Positions 53,020 to 62,455 of a stretch of 64,000 nt of DNA are shown here, in pieces. Position 1 is the first letter of the stretch. The number at the start of each line of letters is the position of its first letter. The notes beneath the pieces are model-generated. The model was not told the DNA's origin, did no database searches, and saw nothing but the letters and a program-made list of their open reading frames with translations. Origin of the DNA: Candidatus Aegiribacteria sp. (GTDB lineage: Bacteria > Fermentibacterota > Fermentibacteria > Fermentibacterales > JCC-6); assembly GCA_030620995.1 (NCBI GenBank), contig JAUXIK010000001.1:65796-129795 (forward strand), given 5' to 3'. The translations under genes were made by a program, and so were the position numbers.

Positions 53020-55080
53020 TCAGTGCATATCATCTGTGCCGTGCCAGACACCCCCGCCAAGCAATGACTGAGCTATGTTGGTCAGATGATCTCCGATACG
53101 TTCGCAATACTCTATGAAATCAAGCATTGCCAGACCTGTCATTCCATCATTATCCTTATTTGAAAGGCTGTCGGAATAATAATTTCTTGCATCTTCTTCA
53201 AGTCTGTTCAGTTTTTCTTCAAATACAAGAACCCTCTGAGAGTCAACTCTTTCATGAAACCGAAGTGCTGTCTCAATTGAATCCAGCATACTCTTTACAG
53301 TCGAAGCAGCTTCCTGAACGGCATCAGGAAGTGGACCGGATTTTGCCGAAAGATTACCCGACACCCTGTCTCTGGCTTCAACCATATTGACTGCGTGATC
53401 AGATATCCTCTCAATATCATTGATAGTATGAATGATAACAGGCAGTTTCAAAGATTGATCCTGATCCAGATCCCGCTGGAAGATTTTGGATGCATAGATA
53501 GTCAGATCTCGCTGCATATAATCGACCGTATCTTCCATGGATATGATTTTTTCCGGGTTTGGACTCCCGGTCATGAAACATGAAATCCCGTGCTGGATTG
53601 TTGACCCTGCATATTTAGCCATTTTAACCATCTCACGTTCCAGATTATCTATCGCAAGGGAAGGGGAATCAAGAAGATTCTCGTCCAGCGTAAGATCTAT
53701 TTCTTCCTGCCCTGTTTTTTCTTTGTCTGGAATGATGAATTCGCACAGCCTGGCCAGCAGCGGGACAAGAGGAAGGAACAACAAAGCGTTGAATATGTTA
53801 AACATACTGTGAGCATTGGCTACCTGTCTCATTGAATCACCGGACGTTGAACGCACGAAATTGAGAATGAATCCATTGTTATTGGTAATTAGCAATCCCA
53901 TGTATACTGCGCCGATAAAATTGAAAAGAGTATGTGCCATTGCAGTCTGACGGGCGGCTCTGGTACCTCCTATCGCTGAGAGCTGTGCTGTGATGGTGGT
54001 ACCTATATTGTCTCCCAGAACAAGGTAAAAAGCTCCCTGGAGATTTATCAGACCAGCACCGGCAAGAGTCATGGTCAATCCAACTGTCGCGCTTGAACTC
54101 TGTATAATCGATGTTACTAATGTTCCCGCCAGAATTGCAAGCAACGGATTCGTACTGAAGGTCATGAAGAAACTTTTCACAGCCATGCTGGTTTTAAGAG
54201 GGTCAAGAACCCCTTTCATTACAGTCATTCCAATGAAAATCAGAGCAAGACCGGTAAGAGCCTTTCCCCAGAACTGGGTTTTACGATTCTTCGAGAAAGC
54301 CAACATCGCGAATCCAATGGTCAGCATCGGGAAAGCATAATGTGTGATCTTGAAGGCTATCAGCTGGCCGGTAATAGTAGTACCTATATTTGCACCTATT
54401 ATGACGCCAACAGCTTGTTTGAGCACTATAAGACCGGAATTGACAAAGCTCACCGCTATAACGGATGTAGCGCTTGAACTCTGTATCGCCGCTGTTACCA
54501 GAGCTCCTGCCATAAGTCCGAGGAACCTGTTGCTGGTAACTTTCTTGAGTATGCCTCGCATTTTGTTGCCGGCAACTCGCTGAAGCGACTCGGACATCAT
54601 CTTCATGCCAAGAAGGAAGATCGCCAGTCCACCCAGTATCTGGAAAATTATGGTTTTCAGATCAACAGCAAGAGCGGAGAAATCGATTTCTTCTTCAGAA
54701 CCGTCCGGAAGAATAACAGTTGCTTCAATAGTATTATTACTGGATATTTTTCCGAGTTTAAGCGAAATTGCTGCAATTCCATCTGACCCGGTAAGTATTC
54801 TGACAGATGAAAAGTTTCCTGAAGCAGAATCACCCTCCAGGATTAAGGGATATTCTCCAATTATTGGATACGCAAGAGATCCCTGATCAGATCTCATCTC
54901 GAACTCGACCGGAACTCCGCTGACAGGTTCTCCGGAAGAATCCCTGATAACTATTTCAAGCGGGTCAGCAAGAACTGTCTCAATTCTGCCATGCTGGGAA
55001 TTACCGCTTACCTCAACAGTGTAAGCTCCTGCAAAAGCAGATAATGCTGAAAATATCAGAATAATTGAGACTGGCCGCAT
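53020..55080 (-). CDS. Na/Pi-cotransporter family protein with C-terminal PhoU-like repeats and an N-terminal Ig-like ectodomain
   Basis: The start is re-called to the ATG at 55080 (MRPVSIILIF), which has an AAGGAG SD. It has duplicated QSSSAT motifs (Na/Pi cotransporter II-related) and a PhoU-like tail (ERISDHAVN, ERIGDHLTN). Confidence 0.88.
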   Translation of the reverse strand: MRPVSIILIFSALSAFAGAYTVEVSGNSQHGRIETVLADPLEIVIRDSSGEPVSGVPVEFEMRSDQGSLAYPIIGEYPLILEGDSASGNFSSVRILTGSDGIAAISLKLGKISSNNTIEATVILPDGSEEEIDFSALAVDLKTIIFQILGGLAIFLLGMKMMSESLQRVAGNKMRGILKKVTSNRFLGLMAGALVTAAIQSSSATSVIAVSFVNSGLIVLKQAVGVIIGANIGTTITGQLIAFKITHYAFPMLTIGFAMLAFSKNRKTQFWGKALTGLALIFIGMTVMKGVLDPLKTSMAVKSFFMTFSTNPLLAILAGTLVTSIIQSSSATVGLTMTLAGAGLINLQGAFYLVLGDNIGTTITAQLSAIGGTRAARQTAMAHTLFNFIGAVYMGLLITNNNGFILNFVRSTSGDSMRQVANAHSMFNIFNALLFLPLVPLLARLCEFIIPDKEKTGQEEIDLTLDENLLDSPSLAIDNLEREMVKMAKYAGSTIQHGISCFMTGSPNPEKIISMEDTVDYMQRDLTIYASKIFQRDLDQDQSLKLPVIIHTINDIERISDHAVNMVEARDRVSGNLSAKSGPLPDAVQEAASTVKSMLDSIETALRFHERVDSQRVLVFEEKLNRLEEDARNYYSDSLSNKDNDGMTGLAMLDFIEYCERIGDHLTNIAQSLLGGGVWHGTDDMH

Positions 55081-55278
55081 TACGCTCCTTCCGAGCAATG
55101 AATCCCAGATATTGAATCTTTCAATTGCCGGATATTAAACTGGGAACCGTTATTACTGTTGTTAACCCGTAACAGAAATAAGACAAGAAACCGTCTCACT
55201 GATGTGAGCAATATAATGATCATATCTGGAATGAACAGAACTGTTTCTTAACAGTATTGTTAATTATTGTTATGTGTT

Positions 55279-56196
55279 ATGAAGACATTATCAGCTCTTT
55301 TAAAAAATCTCCGAATTAGATCATGGACGAAGAATCTCTTTGTCTTTGCAGGAATCCTTTTTGGAAATCACTGGGATGATCCCAGGGCAATCGGCTTGAC
55401 AGCACTGGGGGCTTTAGGCTTCTGTCTGCTTTCAAGTTCGGTTTACCTTATAAATGATATTGCTGACCGCGATCGGGATAAATGCCATCCTGAAAAGAAG
55501 AACAGACCCATTGCTTCTGGGGCTCTACCTGTCTCACTTGCAGCAGTGGCCGCATTCCTGCTTGCCTCAGGTGTGTTGATCACATCATGGATTCTGGCAC
55601 CGACATATGCTCTGGTTCTCAGCATATATCTGATAATGCAGTTGTCTTACTCTTTTAAATTGAAACATGTTGTCATACTGGATGTGCTGATAATAGCAGC
55701 CGGATTCGTACTTAGAGCTTTGGCGGGAGTCACTCTGGCCATGGATGCGGGCTACTCGGACATATCAATATCTCACTGGTTAATAGTCTGCACTTTCTTC
55801 CTTGCGATATTCCTTGCATTCGCAAAGAGGAGATACGAAGTTGTTTCTCTTGGGGAAAATGCAGCCGGACACCGGGAAATTCTCGAGGAGTACAGCATTT
55901 CCCTTCTTGATGAACTGATGGGAATAGCAACAGCCGCAAGTATTATTGGATATTCGATCTATTCAGTAAGCCAGAGAACTATGGAACTGGTATCAACCAA
56001 GCTGTGGCTAACAATCCCCTTTGTAACATATGGTATATTCAGGTACCTCTATCTTATACATATAAAAGGTCATGGAGGAAGTCCTGACAGAATCATCCTC
56101 ACTGACAAACCCCTCCTGCTTAATATTCTGCTCTGGGTGATTGCGGTTGCTCTGGCACTGACTCTATTCCCGGGTACTGAATCCATCCCGGCGTGA
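55279..56196 (+). CDS. UbiA-family prenyltransferase, decaprenyl-phosphate phosphoribosyltransferase-like
   Basis: It has RSWTKNLFVFAG and NDIADRDRDKCHPEKKNRPIASG motifs and about 8 TM. The ORF track starts at the TTG at 55267, and the ATG at 55279 is equally possible. Confidence 0.78.
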   Translation: MKTLSALLKNLRIRSWTKNLFVFAGILFGNHWDDPRAIGLTALGALGFCLLSSSVYLINDIADRDRDKCHPEKKNRPIASGALPVSLAAVAAFLLASGVLITSWILAPTYALVLSIYLIMQLSYSFKLKHVVILDVLIIAAGFVLRALAGVTLAMDAGYSDISISHWLIVCTFFLAIFLAFAKRRYEVVSLGENAAGHREILEEYSISLLDELMGIATAASIIGYSIYSVSQRTMELVSTKLWLTIPFVTYGIFRYLYLIHIKGHGGSPDRIILTDKPLLLNILLWVIAVALALTLFPGTESIPA

Positions 56197-57062
56197 ATAT
56201 TTCCCTGATCGCACCCGCGAAAATAAATCTCGGATTAAGAATTTCAGGTTCACGACCAGATGGTTTTCACGATATCCGCAGCATTTTTCAGGAAATATCG
56301 CTGCATGATACCGTTCACATTGCCGCAAAACCCGGAAGCGGTAACATCTCACTTACATGCTCAGATGATAGAGTACCATCCGATTCTTCAAATCTTGCCT
56401 GGAAAGCTGCAGCTCACTTTCTTTCTCTTTCAGAAGAGAACCTGGACATAGAAATAGATCTTGTAAAAAGAATCCCATCTGAGGCTGGTCTTGGAGGTGG
56501 CAGCAGCGATGCCGCAACTGTTCTTCTGGGGCTGAGAACCCTTACTGCAAGACCGGCTCTGGATCTTTCAAGAGCTGCTTCAGCGCTTGGCAGCGATGTT
56601 CCATTCTTCCTGCATGGCGGCACCGCGCTTATTGAAGGAAGAGGTGAAAAGATAACACCTGTTCCTTCAGTCCCTTTCCATGCTGTTCTTATTCATCCTT
56701 CTGTCACAATTTCTACGGCATGGGCATACAACGAATGGGATAGAATGGGCTCGTCCTTGACAAACAATGGTATTCTTAAGCATTATTCAGCCTCGTCAGC
56801 AGTATGGCATGAGGGTAAGATTTTCCCGCATAACCTGTGGAATGATTTCCTACCACTGTTAGAGAAACACTTCCCTGAAATAGAAGAGCTGGCGCGTTTT
56901 CTGAAAGATTCCTGTGAAAACTGGGGCTTATCAGGATCCGGACCAACCTTCTATGCGCTTTTCAGAATGGAGAGCGAGGCGGTAAGTTTCTCACAAATAC
57001 TGACAGGGAATTATACCCTGTGCAGATCAGCAGAGGCTGCTGGGGCGTCGTCAAATGGTTAA
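56193..57062 (+). CDS. ispE: 4-diphosphocytidyl-2-C-methyl-D-erythritol kinase
   Basis: 289 aa. It has APAKINLGL and the GHMP motif PSEAGLGGGSSDAA. Its last 22 nt overlap tRNA-Gln. Confidence 0.9.
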   Translation: MNISLIAPAKINLGLRISGSRPDGFHDIRSIFQEISLHDTVHIAAKPGSGNISLTCSDDRVPSDSSNLAWKAAAHFLSLSEENLDIEIDLVKRIPSEAGLGGGSSDAATVLLGLRTLTARPALDLSRAASALGSDVPFFLHGGTALIEGRGEKITPVPSVPFHAVLIHPSVTISTAWAYNEWDRMGSSLTNNGILKHYSASSAVWHEGKIFPHNLWNDFLPLLEKHFPEIEELARFLKDSCENWGLSGSGPTFYALFRMESEAVSFSQILTGNYTLCRSAEAAGASSNG

Positions 57063-57115
57063 GACACAGGGTTTTGGTCCCTGCATTGGGGGTTCGAATC
57101 CTCCCGCCCCAGCCA
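57041..57115 (+). tRNA. tRNA-Gln (UUG)
   Basis: It reads TGGGGCGTCGTCAAATGGTTAAGACACAGGGTTTTGGTCCCTGCATTGGGGGTTCGAATCCTCCCGCCCCAGCCA. The anticodon loop is TTTTGGT and CCA is encoded. Confidence 0.95.
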
Positions 57116-57153
57116 TCATTCCAGAGTAATCGGAAGAAAGAAAGGATATAGTA

Positions 57154-57834
57154 ATGCCTGAAAAGAAAACGTTGGGAATTGCCGAACGATTGGAGTTCGG
57201 ATCCAGAACAGCAAGAAGACTCCGTCGCACAGGAGTTATTCCGGCTGTTGTTTACGGCAGAGGAGGCAGTGAACTGACCGTTGCCGTAAATGAGAAAGAG
57301 TTTATGGACACTATTGGTTACTCCACCTCTACCGGTATCATCAATCTTAAAATGGGTAGAAAATCTCCGTTAACAGTAATTGTCAAAGATGTTCAATGGA
57401 ACATAATTACAGACAAACCTGTTCACATTGATTTTCTAAGAGTTTCTGCGGATCAGATAGTCTCGGTTCCCGTACATATACGCCTTGAGAATATTCCAGT
57501 GGGCGTTACGATGGGTGGAGTTCTTGAACACACCCTTCATGAGATTATCATCAAGGTTAGAGCGAAGGACATTCCAGGTTCCATAACCGTTGATGTAGGA
57601 CATCTCGAAATCGGAGATTCAATTCATCTCTCGGATATCGTGCTTTCGGATACTTTAACTCTTGATATGGACAGCGATCTGGTTGTGGCATCCGTTGTTG
57701 CTCCAAGTGTCGCGAAGGTCGAAGTTGAAGAGGAAGAACTTCTCGAAGGAGAGGAAGGTGCTGAACTCGAAGGTGAAGAGGGAGAAGAAGAAGAAAAAGA
57801 GAGCAAAGATACTCCCACCTCCGAAGAAAAGTAA
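57154..57834 (+). CDS. rplY: 50S ribosomal protein L25 / general stress protein Ctc
   Basis: 226 aa. It has RRLRRTGVIPAVVYG and a two-domain Ctc form with an acidic tail. Confidence 0.92.
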   Translation: MPEKKTLGIAERLEFGSRTARRLRRTGVIPAVVYGRGGSELTVAVNEKEFMDTIGYSTSTGIINLKMGRKSPLTVIVKDVQWNIITDKPVHIDFLRVSADQIVSVPVHIRLENIPVGVTMGGVLEHTLHEIIIKVRAKDIPGSITVDVGHLEIGDSIHLSDIVLSDTLTLDMDSDLVVASVVAPSVAKVEVEEEELLEGEEGAELEGEEGEEEEKESKDTPTSEEK

Positions 57835-57837
57835 ACT

Positions 57838-58407
57838 TTGGCTAATCTCCGGCTTATCGCATGTCTTGGTAATCCGGGGAAGAAGTACTGCATGACATGG
57901 CATAACGCCGGCTTCTGGGTGGCCGATATACTGGCCAGAGAAGCCGGCGTTCAATTCATAAATGCCGGACTTTTTATCGCAACCGTTCTACCAGATGGTC
58001 CGGACCTTATCAAGCCTGCTGATTACATGAACAGGAGTGGTAAAGCAATAGCAGCATTTCTCGATATCAAAGATTATGATGCTGATGAATTGCTGGTTGT
58101 CTGTGACGATGTCAACCTTGATCTTGGCCATCTCAGACTAAGAGCCAGGGGGTCTCATGGGGGACATAACGGTCTGAGAAATATTATCGAATGTCTCGGT
58201 ACCGATGATTTCTCCCGCCTTCGAATCGGCACCGGTCCTGCACCGGATGATTCTGATCTGGCGGATTTCGTTCTTGACCCCGTTCCGGAGAAACTGGAAG
58301 AGGAAGCTTCACGGATGGCTCATATAGCGGCTGATTGCGTAAGTTTCTTCATAAATGAGGGAATAGTTGCAGCGCAGGAAAAATACAACAGAAAACCTGT
58401 TCTATAG
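57838..58407 (+). CDS. pth: peptidyl-tRNA hydrolase
   Basis: 189 aa with a TTG start 3 nt after the ctc stop. It has LGNPGKKY and GSHGGHNGLRNI motifs. Confidence 0.92.
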   Translation: MANLRLIACLGNPGKKYCMTWHNAGFWVADILAREAGVQFINAGLFIATVLPDGPDLIKPADYMNRSGKAIAAFLDIKDYDADELLVVCDDVNLDLGHLRLRARGSHGGHNGLRNIIECLGTDDFSRLRIGTGPAPDDSDLADFVLDPVPEKLEEEASRMAHIAADCVSFFINEGIVAAQEKYNRKPVL

Positions 58408-58409
58408 AG

Positions 58410-58447
58410 TTATCGGCAATCACAACAGTGACTGCCGATAATCTTTA
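58410..58447 (+). terminator. hairpin terminator after pth
   Basis: ttatcggca pairs with tgccgataa, with an inner tcac/gtga extension, followed by tcttt. It sits between convergent genes. Confidence 0.5.
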
Positions 58448-58464
58448 AAGCTGTTTAAGCTTGA

Positions 58465-60123
58465 TTACTGACTCAGAGATCCAAACATCTGAATCGCCTG
58501 TCCTATGAATGCAGCCATTCCCGTTCCTGATACATGGAAATGCTTTATTACGCCTCCGCCTGTAAAATCCACCTCTATTTCGAGCCAGACAGGATCAGCG
58601 TCGATGGAAGGGACTTCAAGTCCGGACATGGACATCGCCATGTTGAGATATTCAGGAACGTTGATCATCATCGCGATCTCCGCCGAATCTGAAATATTCC
58701 GCATTGCAGGCATGCTCCCAACAGTCTCTCCCTGCCAGGTTCCGGCAATTAACTGAGATACTGTCAAGGGCTGCTGGGCCATCTCGAGGTAGAGGATTCC
58801 ATCACTGACAGTCATCCAGGCTTTCCATGAGACGTTCTGAGCAAGCGGAGCGCTGTCTTCCACATCAGGCTGGAGTGCAGTCATATCCATATCCATGCCA
58901 AATGTGACCCATTCAATCCCATCAAGTTCCGCATACTGCACTTCTGAAAGAGAAAGACCGGGCATGTCAAGAATACTATCTATAACAGATAGCTGCATAT
59001 CGAAAACCTCATGTACCTGTTCAAGTCCGGCTCCTTCCGGCATCTCGTAAACAGCAATGATATGCATCGGATTGTCGGGATCAGAGGTCATTGACATGGC
59101 TGTATTACGAGAACACTGAGCCCAGAATGTGACCATGTCCCGGGGAATATCTTCAATGCCTATGGCATCAAACACAGCATTCATTGCGACCTCACTGGTC
59201 AGAGGATCTATACTGATCCTGGCAGCGATTGCATTACCGGTCGGCACTAATCCTGTCATATCGTCAATTTCAGCAGGAATGATGTACTGGTCAAGAGAAG
59301 ATCCTGGTACAAATCTCACGGAAGAAGTTCCGGTAATAAACTCGGATTCAAATGACAATACGAGATCAACAGAACTTGTTTCCAGCAGGAACAGATTAAT
59401 TAAATCAAAATACATTCCAAGTACTTTTTCGGTGAGTTCAACCCCAGCACTATCTGCAGTATCCATACTGGCAATTATCTGTGGCCTAATCATAGCGAGC
59501 TGGCTGGCAGCTATTGGACCAAATGATGCCACATTCGCGTAGAAGTAGAGACTTCCATCAGGAATACCGGGTATTGAAGCGGGCAGGGATCCGTCAATTC
59601 GTTCAAGCATGCTCTGAAGCCCCGCTCTGCTTCCTGCGCCAAGGAGAAGTCCGCGAGTGCTGCAGAAATACAGGTTGCCGAATTCGACATCAATTGTACT
59701 GACTTCATAACCGTCCAGCGGTTCACCGGCTTCAGGAGTCAGGCCGATGTTAGTCCAGAAAACATCAGCATCGGTGACAGACATGGCCGCGCCAATGCTC
59801 TGTGGCATCATGCTCTGCATGAAGAAAACAAGATTGCCATCAATGTTAATGCCGAGTTTTGTTTCAACTTCAGCCATATCCGCACAATCCAGAAGTGATA
59901 GTATCCATCCTGAAACAGCAGTTTCCCCAAGAATTGGAATTCCGGAGCCATACAGATCAAGGGAAGAGATAACTATTGCCGGATTGATAATGGCCATGGA
60001 GAAAAGAACATCATCCGGAAGAATATCCAGGGCGGATATTGGTGCCTCATCCTCCGGTTGAACACCGCATGCAGCAAATAAAGCTATAAGCACAGCTGCA
60101 GCAAATATCATTATTGTTTTCAT
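58465..60123 (-). CDS. hypothetical lipoprotein
   Basis: 552 aa with lipobox LIALFAACG. The AGGAA/GGAG region upstream reads ...tttggaggaattATG. No family was recognised. Confidence 0.7.
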   Translation of the reverse strand: MKTIMIFAAAVLIALFAACGVQPEDEAPISALDILPDDVLFSMAIINPAIVISSLDLYGSGIPILGETAVSGWILSLLDCADMAEVETKLGINIDGNLVFFMQSMMPQSIGAAMSVTDADVFWTNIGLTPEAGEPLDGYEVSTIDVEFGNLYFCSTRGLLLGAGSRAGLQSMLERIDGSLPASIPGIPDGSLYFYANVASFGPIAASQLAMIRPQIIASMDTADSAGVELTEKVLGMYFDLINLFLLETSSVDLVLSFESEFITGTSSVRFVPGSSLDQYIIPAEIDDMTGLVPTGNAIAARISIDPLTSEVAMNAVFDAIGIEDIPRDMVTFWAQCSRNTAMSMTSDPDNPMHIIAVYEMPEGAGLEQVHEVFDMQLSVIDSILDMPGLSLSEVQYAELDGIEWVTFGMDMDMTALQPDVEDSAPLAQNVSWKAWMTVSDGILYLEMAQQPLTVSQLIAGTWQGETVGSMPAMRNISDSAEIAMMINVPEYLNMAMSMSGLEVPSIDADPVWLEIEVDFTGGGVIKHFHVSGTGMAAFIGQAIQMFGSLSQ

Positions 60124-60272
60124 AATTCCTCCAAAGAATTAGTAGTAACTGTTTTCATCGGCTTTTACTTATTATACATAATTACAGAGAATTTCAAAAA
60201 ATCCTCAGAATTCCGGATGAACGAAGAGGGTTTTTCATCAGATTTGCGGGTTAGAACATTGGGAATTAGTAT

Positions 60273-61085
60273 ATGCTTATGAACAACGAACTCGATCTCT
60301 TCGCCAGCGCAGGCAATCAAGGGGAAACCCGGAGGGTCCTGTATCTTGACACCGAAACCACCGGTATCGATACCGAAACATCACAGATATGTGAAGTTGC
60401 TTTTTTACTAAGCACTTACAATGGCTTTTCAAGAATCCCTGATCAGGACATCGAGCTGATTGAACTTGTGCTGCCGCAGGATCCAGTACCTCCGGAAGCA
60501 TCTGCTATTCATCACATAACAAACAACATGCTGGAGGGAAAACCATCTATTGAGAGCATATCGGATAGCATTCAGGAACTTATTGGTAAAGCAGATCTTA
60601 TATGCGCTCACAATCTTCCATTCGATCTGGGAATACTGACCCGGCAACTCCCTGGAGTTTTCAGTGATATCACACCTGATATGAAGCTGGATTCACTCAG
60701 ACTCTCCAGACATACATGGCCTTCTATTCCCTCCCATGCGCTTCAGGTTCTGAGATACAGATTCGAACTGGATGCCAGTATTTCCGGTAATGCTCACAGA
60801 GCAATGTTTGACACAAAACTTGTTCGAGCGCTCGTAGAGTTCATTATTGAACAGCATTTAACAACTTCTGAGAACTGGAAGAAATTGGTGGAATTCACAC
60901 AATCCTCATTGGAAATAAAGATATTCTCGTTTGGTAAGTACAGAGGCAAACTTGTAGAGGATATTGTAGCACAGGATGAGGATTATATCAGATGGCTCCT
61001 CCGACAGCATTGGGTACCTGATGATTATCCTGATCTTTATCATACTCTTCTCCGCAAAACCGGAAATAAAGGAAGCAAAAAATGA
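60273..61085 (+). CDS. DEDDh 3'-5' exonuclease (DnaQ-like) fused to a DUF3820-like C-terminal domain
   Basis: 270 aa. The Exo motifs are LYLDTETTG, CAHNLPFDLG and HRAMFD. The C-terminal FGKYRGKLVEDIVAQDEDYIRWLL matches my memory of DUF3820. Confidence 0.8.
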   Translation: MLMNNELDLFASAGNQGETRRVLYLDTETTGIDTETSQICEVAFLLSTYNGFSRIPDQDIELIELVLPQDPVPPEASAIHHITNNMLEGKPSIESISDSIQELIGKADLICAHNLPFDLGILTRQLPGVFSDITPDMKLDSLRLSRHTWPSIPSHALQVLRYRFELDASISGNAHRAMFDTKLVRALVEFIIEQHLTTSENWKKLVEFTQSSLEIKIFSFGKYRGKLVEDIVAQDEDYIRWLLRQHWVPDDYPDLYHTLLRKTGNKGSKK

Positions 61086-62398
61086 CACTTCAACCATCCG
61101 ATGCTTACATTGTCGAAGGAGGTAAACCGCTATCGGGAGTATTGAACCCTTCAGGCAGCAAGAATGCTGCTCTTCCAATTCTCTCCGCATGTATTCTTTC
61201 AGACCAGGACATTGTTCTTCACAACCTGCCTGAAATCAGAGATGTAAAAGCAATGCTTTCTCTTCTGGCGAGCATCGGTGTTAAAATAACCACACTTGGC
61301 GGCGGCTCATACAAGTTGAACGCGGCATCTATCAATCCCGATAACATTGATGAAAACACGTGCCGGGCAATAAGAGCATCTATCCTTCTCGCAGGTCCGC
61401 TCGTGGCAAGAACCGGCCGAGCGAAACTTCCACCTCCCGGCGGGGATGTAATAGGAAAAAGAAGGTTGGATACACACTTCCTGTTTCTCGAACAGATGGG
61501 TGCTGAAGTTGGTCTGGTTGACAGAAAGCTATCATTCAGGGCGAAGAAATTGATAGGCAGACCGATTCTTCTTGATGAACCATCCGTAACAGCAACGGAA
61601 AACGCCCTGATGGCAGCTACAATCGCCGAGGGAGAAACCGTTATCTACAATTCTGCATGTGAGCCAAACGTGCAGGATCTGGCAACAATGCTGGTTTCCA
61701 TGGGAGCTTTGATCACCGGGATCGGCACAAATAGAATCCATGTTACAGGTAGAAACCGGCTTCTGGAAGGCACGGAATATACAATAGCGCCCGATCATAT
61801 CGAGATCGGCAGTTTCATCGGTCTTGCTGCATGCTGCGGCGGAGAAGTAATAATTCCGGGTGTTCCGGAAAGTATCATTCAGCCAACCATGAACGGGTTT
61901 TCAAAACTGGGAGTTACTATTGAATTCAAGGATGGCTCAATTATCATAGATGGCAGCCGGACCCTGGAAGTACAGCCTGATCGAGGCGGGTCTATTCCGA
62001 CCGTTTACGATGCTCCATGGCCGGGATTTTCACCGGATCTTACCAGTACTGCAGTAGTGGTAGCAACTCAATCCAGAGGAACTTCGCTTATCTTTGAGAA
62101 GATGTTTGAAAGCAGACTCTTCTTTGTTGATAAGCTGGTCGCGATGGGTGCAGGCATCATTCAATGCGACCCGCATAGAGTAGTGGTGTCAGGTCCTTCA
62201 AAACTTCATGGAACAAATGTAAGCAGCCCTGATATAAGAGCGGGAATGGCACTTCTGACCGCTGCTCTTTGTGCGGAAGGAATCAGCATAATACGAAATG
62301 TACACCAGATCGAACGGGGTTATGAAAACCTTGTCAGCAGGCTTAACAAACTGGGCGCCAGTATTACTATCGGACCTTCATGCAGCAACAATCTGTAA
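61082..62398 (+). CDS. murA: UDP-N-acetylglucosamine 1-carboxyvinyltransferase
   Basis: 438 aa. It has GSKNAALPIL. The active-site loop PPPGGDVIGKRRLDTH carries Asp where E. coli has Cys115. Confidence 0.95.
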   Translation: MTLQPSDAYIVEGGKPLSGVLNPSGSKNAALPILSACILSDQDIVLHNLPEIRDVKAMLSLLASIGVKITTLGGGSYKLNAASINPDNIDENTCRAIRASILLAGPLVARTGRAKLPPPGGDVIGKRRLDTHFLFLEQMGAEVGLVDRKLSFRAKKLIGRPILLDEPSVTATENALMAATIAEGETVIYNSACEPNVQDLATMLVSMGALITGIGTNRIHVTGRNRLLEGTEYTIAPDHIEIGSFIGLAACCGGEVIIPGVPESIIQPTMNGFSKLGVTIEFKDGSIIIDGSRTLEVQPDRGGSIPTVYDAPWPGFSPDLTSTAVVVATQSRGTSLIFEKMFESRLFFVDKLVAMGAGIIQCDPHRVVVSGPSKLHGTNVSSPDIRAGMALLTAALCAEGISIIRNVHQIERGYENLVSRLNKLGASITIGPSCSNNL

Positions 62399-62455
62399 CA
62401 GATGTATCGTGTCTCAACTATTGATGAATTCAGTGAATCAGTATCGGAGTATCTA

